Shown here piece by piece: positions 28,948 to 39,012 of a stretch of DNA of 64,000 bases. Position 1 is the stretch's first letter. Every line of letters starts with the position of its first letter. Under the pieces are notes generated by a model, which ran no database searches, had not been told where the DNA came from, and saw only the letters and a program-made list of their open reading frames with translations. Made by a program: the position numbers and the translations under genes. The stretch covers positions 479,359-543,358 of the forward strand of contig CAYMYC010000001.1 of the NCBI GenBank assembly GCA_964394645.1, given 5' to 3'. The stretch is from an uncultured Gammaproteobacteria bacterium (GTDB taxonomy: Bacteria; Patescibacteriota; Microgenomatia; Levybacterales; GWA1-39-11).

Positions 28948-29397
28948 GTGATGAATAACTTTACCTCCCAGCTCCATGATGAGAACACGTTTTACAAAGC
29001 CTTTTTGAGGGATATAGATAGGGCTACAAGCGAAATTATTATCGAAAGCCCATTCATTACCTCAAGTCGAATGAATCTGCTATGGTTAACGCTCAAGTGT
29101 GCCTATTCCAGAGGAGTTAAGATATACATTATTACCCGCGATCCAAAAGATCATAGCGATGGATATGAAATCCAGTCTGAGGATGAAATACGACGTTTGG
29201 AAGAGTTAGGTATCCAAGTTTTCTTGTGTACAGGCAACCATCACCGAAAGTTGGCCATTATCGATCGTGAGATACTCTGGGAAGGCAGTTTAAATATATT
29301 GTCGCAAACTAAAAGCAGAGAAATAATGAGAAGAATGGAAGGTATAGATTTTGCTGTTGAAATGTTTAATTTTATAAAGCTCTACAAATACATATAA
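28948..29397 (+). CDS. Single-HKD phospholipase D-like protein (Nuc-endonuclease-like)
   Basis: 149 aa with one HKD motif HHRKLAIIDREILWEGSLNILS (HxK-x4-D-x6-GSxN). The length matches dimeric Nuc-type PLD nucleases. Confidence 0.7.
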   Translation: MMNNFTSQLHDENTFYKAFLRDIDRATSEIIIESPFITSSRMNLLWLTLKCAYSRGVKIYIITRDPKDHSDGYEIQSEDEIRRLEELGIQVFLCTGNHHRKLAIIDREILWEGSLNILSQTKSREIMRRMEGIDFAVEMFNFIKLYKYI

Positions 29398-29427
29398 ATA
29401 TTCATAGTTTGCTCCACATATGGAGTT

Positions 29428-30138
29428 TTAACTTCTCTTTTTAAATGCATCTTGTGCGATTTGAAATTTATCCTTAATTATCAAACCGTCTCTAAGTTCG
29501 ATGTTTCTTTGCGCTAATTTAGCATATTCAGGCTCATGGGTTACCATAATGATGGTTTGGCCTTGACTGTGTAGATTGCGAAAAATTGACAATACTTTTT
29601 CTGATGATTCGGTATCTAAATTAGCTGTTGGCTCATCTGCAAAAAGTATTTTTGGATTATGTATGATCGATCTGGCGATGCTAACTCTTTGTTGCTGACC
29701 GCCTGAAAGCTGATTTGGCAGATTGTTTAACCTATCCTGAAGGTCTACTTTCAGCAAAGCTTCGATAGCCCGATCCTGAGCAGTTTTTTTATCTACACCT
29801 TGCATTAACAGCGGCATCATCACATTTTCCATAGCAGTAAGCATAGGAAGAATCGCATAATCCTGAAAGATATATCCTAAGTTTTTAAGTCGAAATGATA
29901 TTCTTTCTTCATTTGACAGCGTAGAAGTATCTGTGTTTTCTATTAGTATTTTTCCTGAGTTGGGTGTATCTAATAAGCTTAACTGATATAGTAATGTGCT
30001 TTTCCCTGATCCTGACATACCTGTAATTGCAAGAAACTGGTTGCTCGGCACTTCGAAAGATATGTTTTTTAACGCTGTTAGAACATTGTCACCAATTTTA
30101 AATACTTTTGTTAAATTCTTAATTTTAATCATATTCAT
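29428..30138 (-). CDS. ABC transporter ATP-binding protein (MacB/LolD-type)
   Basis: Walker A GMSGSGKSTLL, signature LSGGQQQRVSIARS, Walker B ILFADEPT. Confidence 0.9.
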   Translation of the reverse strand: MNMIKIKNLTKVFKIGDNVLTALKNISFEVPSNQFLAITGMSGSGKSTLLYQLSLLDTPNSGKILIENTDTSTLSNEERISFRLKNLGYIFQDYAILPMLTAMENVMMPLLMQGVDKKTAQDRAIEALLKVDLQDRLNNLPNQLSGGQQQRVSIARSIIHNPKILFADEPTANLDTESSEKVLSIFRNLHSQGQTIIMVTHEPEYAKLAQRNIELRDGLIIKDKFQIAQDAFKKRS

Positions 30139-31409
30139 CTACCTAAAATCGCATCTAATGTATTTTGTTTAGTTACCATCCAGGCAGGAATGAATCCAGA
30201 TATAAATGCTGTAAAAGTCAATATTATTCCGCGAATTGTGAGACCTGTTGAGGAGATTGCAAGTTTTCCCTCTGTTACCGGAAATTTGAGTGGATGAATC
30301 TCAAACCATGGTGCTAGAAACCAAGTGATAATCAAACTAGCAAGTAGGATGCCTGAAACAGCATAAAATATTGATTGAATAACGTATGATATTTCGATGG
30401 CACGTGCTGAAATGCCTATACCCTTCATAATACCAATATATTTTCTTCTCGTTATAGCATTAACGAAAATGACAATAAAAATTGTAATCGCTCCAACGAT
30501 TAACGAAATCATTCCGACGATATTGCCAAGCATCGAAAATGTTTTTTTCATATCTGAAATTGTTTTTGGCAACGCTTCTTCTGCTGTTTCTATCGCAATA
30601 TCATTGTTATAAGAAAAATTGTCTCGTATATATCCTTTAGCCTCATTTTTATCCGAATACTGTAGTAGCAATATAGCAATCTCATTTGCATTTAGACTAC
30701 TGTTATTTATAAGTAACCTCATTGTACTTTCTGGTATAAATATACGACTATCTACAGTGCTATTGCCCGTATCAACAATTCCTTTGATGAATACCTCACT
30801 ATTTATTGGACCGATAATTAGTTTTAACTTTGATCCAATTCTTACATTTTCTAATCGAGGTTCAGTGGATGATCCTTGCGAGTATTGAGAAAGCAAATTT
30901 TTTCCTAACACAACGCCGTTCGTATCATATTCGTTTAGAAATTCACCTAATATGATTTTTGATGATATTCCAGTTACTTCATCTTCCTGTGTCGAATTAA
31001 TTCCGACCAAGGTACTACTTACTCTTTGCCCAATATCTGATGCATTAATCTTTATTTGATCTTCGTTTTCTAGGATTGCAGGAGTTGTGTATCTGAATGA
31101 AGATCCTTTATAAGATGGCAAACTTTTTAGAAGTGTATACAACAAACTTGTTTGCGAAATAGATAATTTGTTACTAGCAGGTTTTATTAAGATGTCTGAG
31201 GAATAATACGTTTTAAAGGAGTTCATCATTCCATCTGCCAACCCTGTTAGAATGCCACCCATGAGGACCATATTAAAAAATGTCAGAGACATGACAAATA
31301 TGATGAGCATTGTCGACCAAGGATTATTACGCTTTAACTCATGTGTTGCAAGAAATCGACCCACTGTTACATCATTTACGAAGTTATTTATGCTGGCTCG
31401 TATTTTCAT
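30135..31409 (-). CDS. ABC transporter permease, FtsX/MacB-like
   Basis: 424 aa. One N-terminal TM, a large extracytoplasmic domain and three C-terminal TMs. Overlaps the ATPase gene by 4 nt. Confidence 0.8.
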   Translation of the reverse strand: MKIRASINNFVNDVTVGRFLATHELKRNNPWSTMLIIFVMSLTFFNMVLMGGILTGLADGMMNSFKTYYSSDILIKPASNKLSISQTSLLYTLLKSLPSYKGSSFRYTTPAILENEDQIKINASDIGQRVSSTLVGINSTQEDEVTGISSKIILGEFLNEYDTNGVVLGKNLLSQYSQGSSTEPRLENVRIGSKLKLIIGPINSEVFIKGIVDTGNSTVDSRIFIPESTMRLLINNSSLNANEIAILLLQYSDKNEAKGYIRDNFSYNNDIAIETAEEALPKTISDMKKTFSMLGNIVGMISLIVGAITIFIVIFVNAITRRKYIGIMKGIGISARAIEISYVIQSIFYAVSGILLASLIITWFLAPWFEIHPLKFPVTEGKLAISSTGLTIRGIILTFTAFISGFIPAWMVTKQNTLDAILGR

Positions 31410-32359
31410 AGGCTCTTACTATTTGGCCTAGCAAGCAATTTTGTTCCACTGGTTATTCCTGATAGCACTTCAGCCTTAACGAAACCTTTTTCTCCAATTT
31501 GAATTTCAGTAAGTTGATCATTTTTGCTTTCAGCTTTTTTAATATATGTCTTTCCATCTTTATAAATCACGGCACTCATAGGAATTGTAAGTGTATTTTC
31601 TTTATGAATCATTTCTATTGAAGCAATTGCAGTCATGTTAGGACTGAGATTTGCTGGAATATCGTCTATCTGAATTTTCACTTCAAACGTTACAGATCCA
31701 CCAGTATTGGTTCCAATAGTGTCAATGCTTTTAACCTTTCCAGTCAAGATTTTATCTTTAAATGCATCGAATATTATAGAAACCTTTTGACCTGCCGAAA
31801 TTCTGGGTGCGTATATCTCATTGACGTACACAGTTAATAACGGGTCATTTTCAAGCGTGTCCTCATACGCAATTTTTGCAAGGTTAACTTGAGCGTTAGC
31901 GGCCGCAATAGAAATACCTGCCTCTTTATATTGTGATTCCGCTGCCTGAAAATCCTTATGCGCCTGAACGAGCGCCGATTCTAAACTCATCTTTTCTAAA
32001 TCTGTGTATTCGTTTTTAGTACTCGGATTGATTGTATGATCATTTTTATAATTAATATTATTTTCGGCTGTTAAGATGGCTTGTCTTTTTGTCCACATTG
32101 TAGCGTCTTCTGCTCGTTTATTTTGATTTGCAGTTGTAAGTAGGCTAATTGCGTTTTGATATGCCGTGTAGGCAGCAGCTTTTTCCGTATCTGATGCTGT
32201 TTTATGAAATATTCCACTTACTTGAACCGTCTCAAGGAGAGTTTCGTGTTGTACCGTATACAAAAGGCGCGTGTCTGGTTTTTGAATTAGTAAGAATCTT
32301 AATCCAACTATGCTTACAACAACTAAAGGAACAAATATGTAGATTTTATATAATTTCAT
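31406..32359 (-). CDS. Membrane-fusion (HlyD/MacA-like) periplasmic adaptor
   Basis: 317 aa. N-terminal TM, coiled-coil hairpin region and beta-barrel C-terminus. Overlaps the permease gene by 4 nt. Confidence 0.7.
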   Translation of the reverse strand: MKLYKIYIFVPLVVVSIVGLRFLLIQKPDTRLLYTVQHETLLETVQVSGIFHKTASDTEKAAAYTAYQNAISLLTTANQNKRAEDATMWTKRQAILTAENNINYKNDHTINPSTKNEYTDLEKMSLESALVQAHKDFQAAESQYKEAGISIAAANAQVNLAKIAYEDTLENDPLLTVYVNEIYAPRISAGQKVSIIFDAFKDKILTGKVKSIDTIGTNTGGSVTFEVKIQIDDIPANLSPNMTAIASIEMIHKENTLTIPMSAVIYKDGKTYIKKAESKNDQLTEIQIGEKGFVKAEVLSGITSGTKLLARPNSKSL

Positions 32360-32360
32360 G

Positions 32361-32837
32361 TTATTTAGCTTTGTTTTGAGAGTCTAATATATTTGTAAAT
32401 ATACGTATCATTTCTTTTAAATCCTCTTTCGGAATAGAAGATATAATTGCATACTTTGAAGCTAGTAAATTTTTGTTAAATATCATTAATTGTTTTTCAC
32501 CTTTTTTTGTTAATGAAAGTGTAACTAAGCGTCTGTCATTCTTATCGTTTTCGCGTTTGACTAAACCTCTATCTACCAAACGGTTTAGTAGTTGTGTAAC
32601 GGAAGAAAATGACACATTTAGTTCACTAACTAAAGCTCCAACTGAGGTATTGGGATTCTGTTTAATAAATTTGAGAGCTTGAGTTTGCAATAAAGTTAGA
32701 GCTTTGTCTTCAAAAGAACTAGTTTTTTCAAGCAACTTTCTTACTTTGAGTGCTTTATTTAAAAACTCTGCAAGTAATTTAATATCAAGTACATTCATAG
32801 ATATAATATATTTAATGTCATAAATAATTAATATCAT
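32361..32837 (-). CDS. MarR-family transcriptional regulator
   Basis: 158 aa. Winged-helix region LTLLQTQALKFIKQNPNTSVGALVSELNVSFSSVTQLLNRLVDRGLVKRENDKNDRRLVTLSLTKKGEK. Confidence 0.85.
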   Translation of the reverse strand: MILIIYDIKYIISMNVLDIKLLAEFLNKALKVRKLLEKTSSFEDKALTLLQTQALKFIKQNPNTSVGALVSELNVSFSSVTQLLNRLVDRGLVKRENDKNDRRLVTLSLTKKGEKQLMIFNKNLLASKYAIISSIPKEDLKEMIRIFTNILDSQNKAK

Positions 32838-33031
32838 TAAGCAATAAAAATGTCAATAGGTTGAGAGTTATCTCTGTTTGTATAAACACATATAAGAAAT
32901 TTGGATCAACTTGGCCACATGTTCCACTCATGGATTTTAAATTCAGCCCAATGGGTATGGAACACTTTTAGCCTTAAATAATTTACTGAGGAAAATGAAG
33001 CTAAGTTATTTGGCCTTGAATTTTTGATTTG

Positions 33032-33103
33032 TGATCCGGCAGGGGCTCGAACCCTGAACCAAAAGCTTAAAAGGCTTTTGCTCTACCATTGAGCTACCGG
33101 ACC
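33032..33103 (-). tRNA. tRNA-Lys(TTT)
   Basis: The reverse complement folds as follows. Acceptor GGTCCGG/CCGGATC, D arm GCTC-AATGGTA-GAGC, anticodon stem AAAGC/GCTTT with loop CTTTTAA, T arm CAGGG-TTCGAGC-CCCTG. Confidence 0.85.
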
Positions 33104-33292
33104 TATATTCAAGAATATACTTGAATGTATGAAATTTTACCAGATTGTATGTGCTTAAATCAATCGTGAGCGTACAGTGACAATTTAGTTAAAAAATCAA
33201 GTCTATGCGGCTAAAATTCTAACAGAAATGTTTAATAATCCTCAGAATTGAGTTTTGGTCTTAAAATTCGTATAATTGTATGGTCACTTTAT

Positions 33293-33366
33293 GGCGCCAT
33301 CGTCTAGTGGCCTAGGACCCGACGTTTTCAGCGTCGTGATCAGGGGTTCGAATCCCCTTGGCGTCA
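33293..33366 (+). tRNA. tRNA-Glu(TTC)
   Basis: Acceptor GGCGCCA/TGGCGTC, D arm GTCT-AGTGGCCTA-GGAC, anticodon stem CGACG/CGTCG with loop TTTTCAG, T arm AGGGG-TTCGAAT-CCCCT. A TATAAT sits 17 nt upstream. Confidence 0.85.
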
Positions 33367-33498
33367 CAAACATCTTATAGTTTGCTAGAGTAAATAAATG
33401 AGGTTGTAATCTGAAAGAGCGAGTTTGAAGTTATCAATTTCAGGGTCACTTAGATTTAGACTCTTCATATTCTTTATTTTTGCATATATTCTATTTTC

Positions 33499-34083
33499 CT
33501 AATTTTCCTCTGTCATTTTTTGAAGTACGTTGATAGATTCAATGTTTTGATTTATACGAAAAGGTAAAAAATTGTCCTCTAAGGTTAGCGCGACATATTT
33601 TATCCAGTGGTCCAAACTTCCACCTGAAACTGAAATAAGCATGTCAGGTCTTTTCCAAAGCTTTTGTCCACCATTAAAGGAGGGTTTATCCGTGTAGTAT
33701 GTGACAGGGTGTAGGCGCTCGTCTGGTTTTAAAAGTTGATTTGATCTAAAGTTTTTTTCAAGATTTAGAAATAATTCAGGCTCAATTGCTACTACTTTAT
33801 AATTTCCTTCTTCATACCAATTTGGATCAGATATTCGAAGACCGGCATATTCAGTTAAGGTTTCCGTATATTTTACTTCCTCAATGAATTCTCCAAATGA
33901 AATATCCGGCTTAAGTCCTAAAATATACTGAAAATTAATAGGTCTATTTTTCTTATCTTTGAGTCCTCCTAGGTAAGTATTAAAGTAATCTTTAGATAAT
34001 TTTTCAATAAAACTTGATTCAGTAATTTTTTGGGGTAGTGAAGAAAGTTTTTTTAGTTTAAAGAAGTTATCTGCTTCAGGCAT
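33499..34083 (-). CDS. Hypothetical protein
   Basis: 194-aa ORF with no recognisable motif, adjacent to the tRNA pair. Confidence 0.4.
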   Translation of the reverse strand: MPEADNFFKLKKLSSLPQKITESSFIEKLSKDYFNTYLGGLKDKKNRPINFQYILGLKPDISFGEFIEEVKYTETLTEYAGLRISDPNWYEEGNYKVVAIEPELFLNLEKNFRSNQLLKPDERLHPVTYYTDKPSFNGGQKLWKRPDMLISVSGGSLDHWIKYVALTLEDNFLPFRINQNIESINVLQKMTEEN

Positions 34084-34109
34084 TCTTGTATTATATATTA
34101 ATAATTCCT

Positions 34110-34835
34110 TTACTTTTTATCATGTTTTTTATCCTCGAATATATCTGACTCTAGTTCTTGCACAAATTCTCCTAGCCTTCCGTTTTTATGAGAGTGTTTT
34201 ATAAACATAAGAGCTAAAACTGATCCAAAAATTCCACCCAAAAAATCATCTATAAGGTCCGTCATGGTGTCTGCATTCGCTGATTGTTGTGCGTTGCCTT
34301 GGAAATGATGCCAGTTTTTCACAAATGGGTATACAAACGTATCTGAAGAATATTCAAATATTTCCCATAATGCTCCCACCCCTAAGGATAATAGAGACAC
34401 AATAATGACTATAGAAAGACCCGATGCTTTTAGTCTATTTGTTGCATACATTGTGTATGCAATAAGAAATCCTATTGTTCCTACAAAAAGGGGTAGCATA
34501 AAGTGAACGAGTTTATCATAATATGGAATCTTATTATATAAATCATGTACTCCACCTAAAACGTATTGCAGAAGAACCATCAGGAAGAGAAAAATCTCTA
34601 TTTCTATAGGAATTTGTTTTATCTTATTTCTCGTAAAGAATTTAGGAAACACAATCAGACAAAAACACACAAGTATGAGTAGTCCGTTTGTGGTGTCTCC
34701 CAGAAACGTTTGGTATACACCTGATATGCCTATAAATATTTCAAGTACTATTGAAGTTCTTTTTTCCCAACTTGGAACTTTATTTTCAAGAATTCTCATA
34801 CCTATTAGTTTTTCAAAAATAGCTATTTCTGTCAA
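34110..34835 (-). CDS. Hypothetical polytopic membrane protein (possibly DUF2238/YjdF-like)
   Basis: 241 aa with about six predicted TM helices and a charged C-terminal tail. The family assignment is from memory and is weak. Confidence 0.45.
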   Translation of the reverse strand: MTEIAIFEKLIGMRILENKVPSWEKRTSIVLEIFIGISGVYQTFLGDTTNGLLILVCFCLIVFPKFFTRNKIKQIPIEIEIFLFLMVLLQYVLGGVHDLYNKIPYYDKLVHFMLPLFVGTIGFLIAYTMYATNRLKASGLSIVIIVSLLSLGVGALWEIFEYSSDTFVYPFVKNWHHFQGNAQQSANADTMTDLIDDFLGGIFGSVLALMFIKHSHKNGRLGEFVQELESDIFEDKKHDKK

Positions 34836-34915
34836 GGATATGTTGCTTTCACAATTAAATTCCCCCTTGTGCGTAACTCGTATTTTTCATACCATACACT
34901 CGTAAACTAATTGGT

Positions 34916-36580
34916 ATGAAGAATTTTGTGCTAGTGCTTTTGCTGTTTCTGACAAGAATTGTATTTATTGCTCCTTACGCTTTGTTTTTTGACGGTCCTG
35001 AATATGAGCGGTTGATAATGCATAATAATTTGTTATCAGCCTTGACGTTTGGACATGAGCCTATACACCCAGGATTCATTCTTCCCTCATGGCTCGTGTT
35101 TAGAACCGTAGGACCGCTTTTTGCTGTGTCTTCCGTAATTGCAGGTGAGGTAGTCGCAGTAGTTGCGTCAGTTATTTCACTTTTTGTATTTTATAAAATT
35201 ACAGAAATATATTTTAGTAAAAAAATTGCATTACGTGCCGTGATAATTGCTTCACTGCTTCCTGTTTTTTTTCTTTCAAGCGTGAATTTGTTAAATGATA
35301 CAACTTATATCTGCTTTTACCTTTTAGCATTTTACTTTCTATCAGGTTTTATCCTAAACAGAAGGAAAAAAGAGTATTTCTGGGGTTTTATTTGTCTTTC
35401 TTATTCAGTTTTTACGCACACACAGATACTTTTGTGGCTACCTCTCTTTTTTTTGCCAATTATTTTTGTACAGAAGTCGAAAAGAAAAGGAGTTTTAAAA
35501 AAAATTATACTGTTCTTATTTTGTGGTGCGGGATTTGGCATATTTTCACTTATTTTACTTTTAGCCTTTACTGGTAGTAGTTTTTCACACAGTATTGAAT
35601 TGTTATTTATGCATGGGGGAGATATCATGATGTCGCCTGACGCTATTCAAACAGGAGGAAGATTTGCACGGAATTTGGTGATAATTCTTTTACGAAATAA
35701 TTCATCAATTGTAATTTTATACGCATTCATAGGGCTAATATATTTATTTAAATATGACAAAAAGAGGTTAGCCTTTTGTCTTGTCTGGATACTTCCTGTG
35801 CTTATAGCTTCCCAATATTGGCATATAGGATTGTTTGGAAGAGTCAGTCTTATTGCAAGCTTCCCGATCGCCTTGTTATCGGCACATGTTAAGAGTAGGA
35901 TAGCTTTTGTTTTCCTGGTGTTCTGCCTATTAATTTTTACTGTACCATTGGCAATTGAGAACAGCATGTCTACATTGCATAAGAGAGTAAGACAATTGTA
36001 TTCAGAAATTCCCAAAGATTCTGTTCTGATAAGCTCCAATCTTATCCGCCCGCAAGTTACTTTTAGAGGTGAAAAATATTTTATAAACGAGCCAGGGCAA
36101 GATATTGCATTTATTAAACAAAAAATAAACAGTGCGCTACTCAACAATAAAAAAGTATTTATAGATTCTCAGGCAGTTTATAATCCTTATTATTCGCTTG
36201 ATGGAAATAGATTGCACATTTTGTCCCTTGGTAAAGTTGGAAATACGAAGGTTAGAGAGTTATTTAAAACATATACAGTAACTATTTCTCACGATGTGAA
36301 TCCTGAAAAAAGAGTATTTTTATACCAAATAAATGGTTTAGTGAAAAGAAATAGAAAAAATATTTACGGGGAAACGGCTCCTGGAAAAGAAGTGATTATT
36401 TATTCTCAAAACATATTTTCAAAAGTTTCTCCATTACGTATGGATTATGGGGATATAGGAGTATGGATTTACTATTTTTCTATGAATAAAACAGATGCCT
36501 TAGGGTGGACAATAGGTGATAAACGTGGAAAATATGAATTTCCTAAAATAGAGTTAAGCGGTAAGTACTACTTGCAGTAA
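34916..36580 (+). CDS. GT39/ArnT-like membrane glycosyltransferase family protein
   Basis: 554 aa. About 11 N-terminal TM helices with an early DG(P)EY motif (FFDGPEYERL), then a C-terminal soluble domain. Confidence 0.6.
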   Translation: MKNFVLVLLLFLTRIVFIAPYALFFDGPEYERLIMHNNLLSALTFGHEPIHPGFILPSWLVFRTVGPLFAVSSVIAGEVVAVVASVISLFVFYKITEIYFSKKIALRAVIIASLLPVFFLSSVNLLNDTTYICFYLLAFYFLSGFILNRRKKEYFWGFICLSYSVFTHTQILLWLPLFFLPIIFVQKSKRKGVLKKIILFLFCGAGFGIFSLILLLAFTGSSFSHSIELLFMHGGDIMMSPDAIQTGGRFARNLVIILLRNNSSIVILYAFIGLIYLFKYDKKRLAFCLVWILPVLIASQYWHIGLFGRVSLIASFPIALLSAHVKSRIAFVFLVFCLLIFTVPLAIENSMSTLHKRVRQLYSEIPKDSVLISSNLIRPQVTFRGEKYFINEPGQDIAFIKQKINSALLNNKKVFIDSQAVYNPYYSLDGNRLHILSLGKVGNTKVRELFKTYTVTISHDVNPEKRVFLYQINGLVKRNRKNIYGETAPGKEVIIYSQNIFSKVSPLRMDYGDIGVWIYYFSMNKTDALGWTIGDKRGKYEFPKIELSGKYYLQ

Positions 36581-36606
36581 AAAAGAATATTATCTATTAT
36601 GATACT

Positions 36607-36939
36607 ATGCAAGAAAAAAATGTCGGGTATATACTTTTGGGAGTTGGAGTCATCACTATGTTTGTTGCAGTAGGGGTAGTTATCCTTACCTTTACGGGAA
36701 ACATGGCGCCCGTTTCTGTGTTTAACATTAAAGCACCTACCATTGACACGTCTAGTTTTGTGACTAAGCTTTTAGGAGGTGGTCAAAAAATAGAAATTAT
36801 ACCTACTACTGCTTTTAATAAATTGTTAAACTTGGGTATAGAATTTTTACTTATGACCTTTATCTTATCATTCGGATTTAAGCTTGCTGATTTAGGGGTA
36901 AAGTTAGTCCGTCCGCTCCGTAGCCACGTTAAAGAGTAG
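36607..36939 (+). CDS. Hypothetical small membrane protein
   Basis: 110 aa with two hydrophobic helices. Confidence 0.4.
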   Translation: MQEKNVGYILLGVGVITMFVAVGVVILTFTGNMAPVSVFNIKAPTIDTSSFVTKLLGGGQKIEIIPTTAFNKLLNLGIEFLLMTFILSFGFKLADLGVKLVRPLRSHVKE

Positions 36940-36953
36940 TATTATAGTTATAC

Positions 36954-37442
36954 CTATGACACTTTCCTTATAGTTAATTTTTTTTCACCGGATGGCAAGA
37001 CAAGGGTTGTGGTATTTCCCACTTTTTTTCCAATTAGCGCTTTTCCTATTGGAGAATGCTGTGTTACTTTGTTTTCTTTAGGGTTGGCTTCTGTATCTCC
37101 TACAACATAGTAGGTTATTTCATTATTACCGTCAAACACTATGACCGTTGATCCAATAGAAATGCCATGAGTTTCAGATTCATTTACTATTTCAGCAAAC
37201 TTTATTGTCATTTCTGCTCTAAAAATCTGGTTATCTATAGAGGAAAGTCTTGCCTTGGCTGCTGTGTACAATCCATTTTCGGATAGGTCTCCTAGTTCTC
37301 TTGCTCGTGCTAATTCCTTAACTGCTGCCGGACGTGTTTTTTTAAGTTCATCTACCTGTCTTAGCAAGTTTTGATATCCTTCTTTTGTAAAGGAGATTTT
37401 TTTTAATTTACTTAATTTGTCATGTGTGGTAAGTTTTGGCAT
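36954..37442 (-). CDS. greA: Transcription elongation factor GreA
   Basis: 162 aa. N-terminal coiled coil (GYQNLLRQVDELKKTRPAAVKELARARELGDLSENGLYTAAK) and an FKBP-like C-terminal domain. Confidence 0.9.
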   Translation of the reverse strand: MPKLTTHDKLSKLKKISFTKEGYQNLLRQVDELKKTRPAAVKELARARELGDLSENGLYTAAKARLSSIDNQIFRAEMTIKFAEIVNESETHGISIGSTVIVFDGNNEITYYVVGDTEANPKENKVTQHSPIGKALIGKKVGNTTTLVLPSGEKKLTIRKVS

Positions 37443-37461
37443 ATCGTTAGCATGAGACCTA

Positions 37462-37752
37462 TTATGAAGTCACCCCGATAAAATCAATCATTGGGAATTG
37501 TCCCCGCACTGCGTCCCAAAATTTTTCAGATAAATTGTTTGAAAATTTTGAGTATTGAGAAGTTGTTGATTTAGCCACTACTGACTGTTCATAGCGTCTT
37601 ATAATATCTAATGCTTTTTCTCCTTCCACGTTATATTCAGCTTGGTATTCCTCAGGATTTTGCTTATAGTTATCATGCAGTTTCTTAAAAGAGTCAAAAA
37701 AAACTTTGTTTTCTTCTATCATAGCAAGAAAATATTTTTGGTATTTTGTCAT
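37462..37752 (-). CDS. Hypothetical protein
   Basis: 96-aa ORF with no motif. Confidence 0.35.
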   Translation of the reverse strand: MTKYQKYFLAMIEENKVFFDSFKKLHDNYKQNPEEYQAEYNVEGEKALDIIRRYEQSVVAKSTTSQYSKFSNNLSEKFWDAVRGQFPMIDFIGVTS

Positions 37753-37823
37753 AAGTATTATTCTACCATGATTTTTTGAAAAATTCGAGGCTGTAAGGTT
37801 TTGTCAAATGGTATAATAAAGAT

Positions 37824-38987
37824 ATGCAAAAAAAGATAATATCTTTCCTTCTACTTTTGGTAAGTTTTATAACCATATTGCCTAATGCTAATGCTGCATT
37901 TGCCCAAGATCCATTGAGTAGACCGAATAATTTTTTTGGAATTCATATACTTTTCCCCTCAGAGCTTGACCAGGCAAAGAATTTAGTGAATAGTAAAGGT
38001 GGAGATTGGGGGTATGTAACTATACCTATTCAGATGTACGACCGTGATATGGAGAAGTGGCAACAGTTCATGGATAAGGCAAAAGAGTTGCATGTAATTC
38101 CTCTTGTGCGCTTAGCTACTCAAAATCACCCATTAAATACAAGTGTTTGGCGAAAACCTACCTATTCTGATGTTTTAGATTTTGCAAACTTTTTGTCCTC
38201 TATCCGTTGGCCAACTGAGAACAAGTATGTAATACTTTTTAATGAGGTAAATAGGTTTGATGAGTGGGCGGGGGAATATCCAAGTCCACAGGAATACGCA
38301 GATATTGTTTCATATGCTTATGAAATATTTAAAGAAAGAGATCCAAATTTCTTTATGATACTAGGTGGAATGGATGCTGCAGCTCCTAATGATTACACAA
38401 AATACATAAGTGGATTAGATTATTTGACGCAGTTAGTTAATACAACAAACATAGAAGATAAAATTGACGGATTTTCAAGTCACTCTTATCCAAACCCTGC
38501 ATTTTCAGCATACCCCTCAGAAAACAAAAAAGTAGGTGTTGCAACCTATAGATTTGAGTACGAATTGCTGAATAAATCAGCACCCAAGAAGCTTCCTGTG
38601 TTTATTACTGAAACTGGTTGGAGTAATAAATCGCTCCCTGATTCTATAATTGCAAAATATTACGATATGACAATCTCACAAATATGGAATAAAGATAAAG
38701 ACAAAATTGTGGCTATCACTCCTTTTTTGTTGAACGCAACGGGTGAGCCATTCGATCAATTTTCATTTTTCAAAAATGGTACTGAGGCAGACTTCTCAAA
38801 ACTTATTGGATCACTTCAAAAAACAAAAGGCTCGCCACTGCTTTCTTCATCTCTGAAAGTAGTTTCTGAGGCAAAAACAAAAACACTTTCTGTCGCAAAA
38901 TTTGAAATAACAGGGGAAAAAGAAAAAAAGCTTACCATATCACCTCTGGTAACCATGTATTTCAAAACTATTTTTGGAATAAACTAA
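37824..38987 (+). CDS. Secreted protein, putative clan GH-A (TIM-barrel) glycoside hydrolase
   Basis: 387 aa with a signal peptide (LLLVSFITILPNANAAFA). Candidate acid/base motif LFNEVN. Candidate nucleophile motif VFITETGW, roughly 130 residues downstream, matching the spacing in GH5/GH26-like enzymes. Confidence 0.4.
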   Translation: MQKKIISFLLLLVSFITILPNANAAFAQDPLSRPNNFFGIHILFPSELDQAKNLVNSKGGDWGYVTIPIQMYDRDMEKWQQFMDKAKELHVIPLVRLATQNHPLNTSVWRKPTYSDVLDFANFLSSIRWPTENKYVILFNEVNRFDEWAGEYPSPQEYADIVSYAYEIFKERDPNFFMILGGMDAAAPNDYTKYISGLDYLTQLVNTTNIEDKIDGFSSHSYPNPAFSAYPSENKKVGVATYRFEYELLNKSAPKKLPVFITETGWSNKSLPDSIIAKYYDMTISQIWNKDKDKIVAITPFLLNATGEPFDQFSFFKNGTEADFSKLIGSLQKTKGSPLLSSSLKVVSEAKTKTLSVAKFEITGEKEKKLTISPLVTMYFKTIFGIN

Positions 38988-39012
38988 ACTGTGATACAAT
39001 GATTCACTCCTC

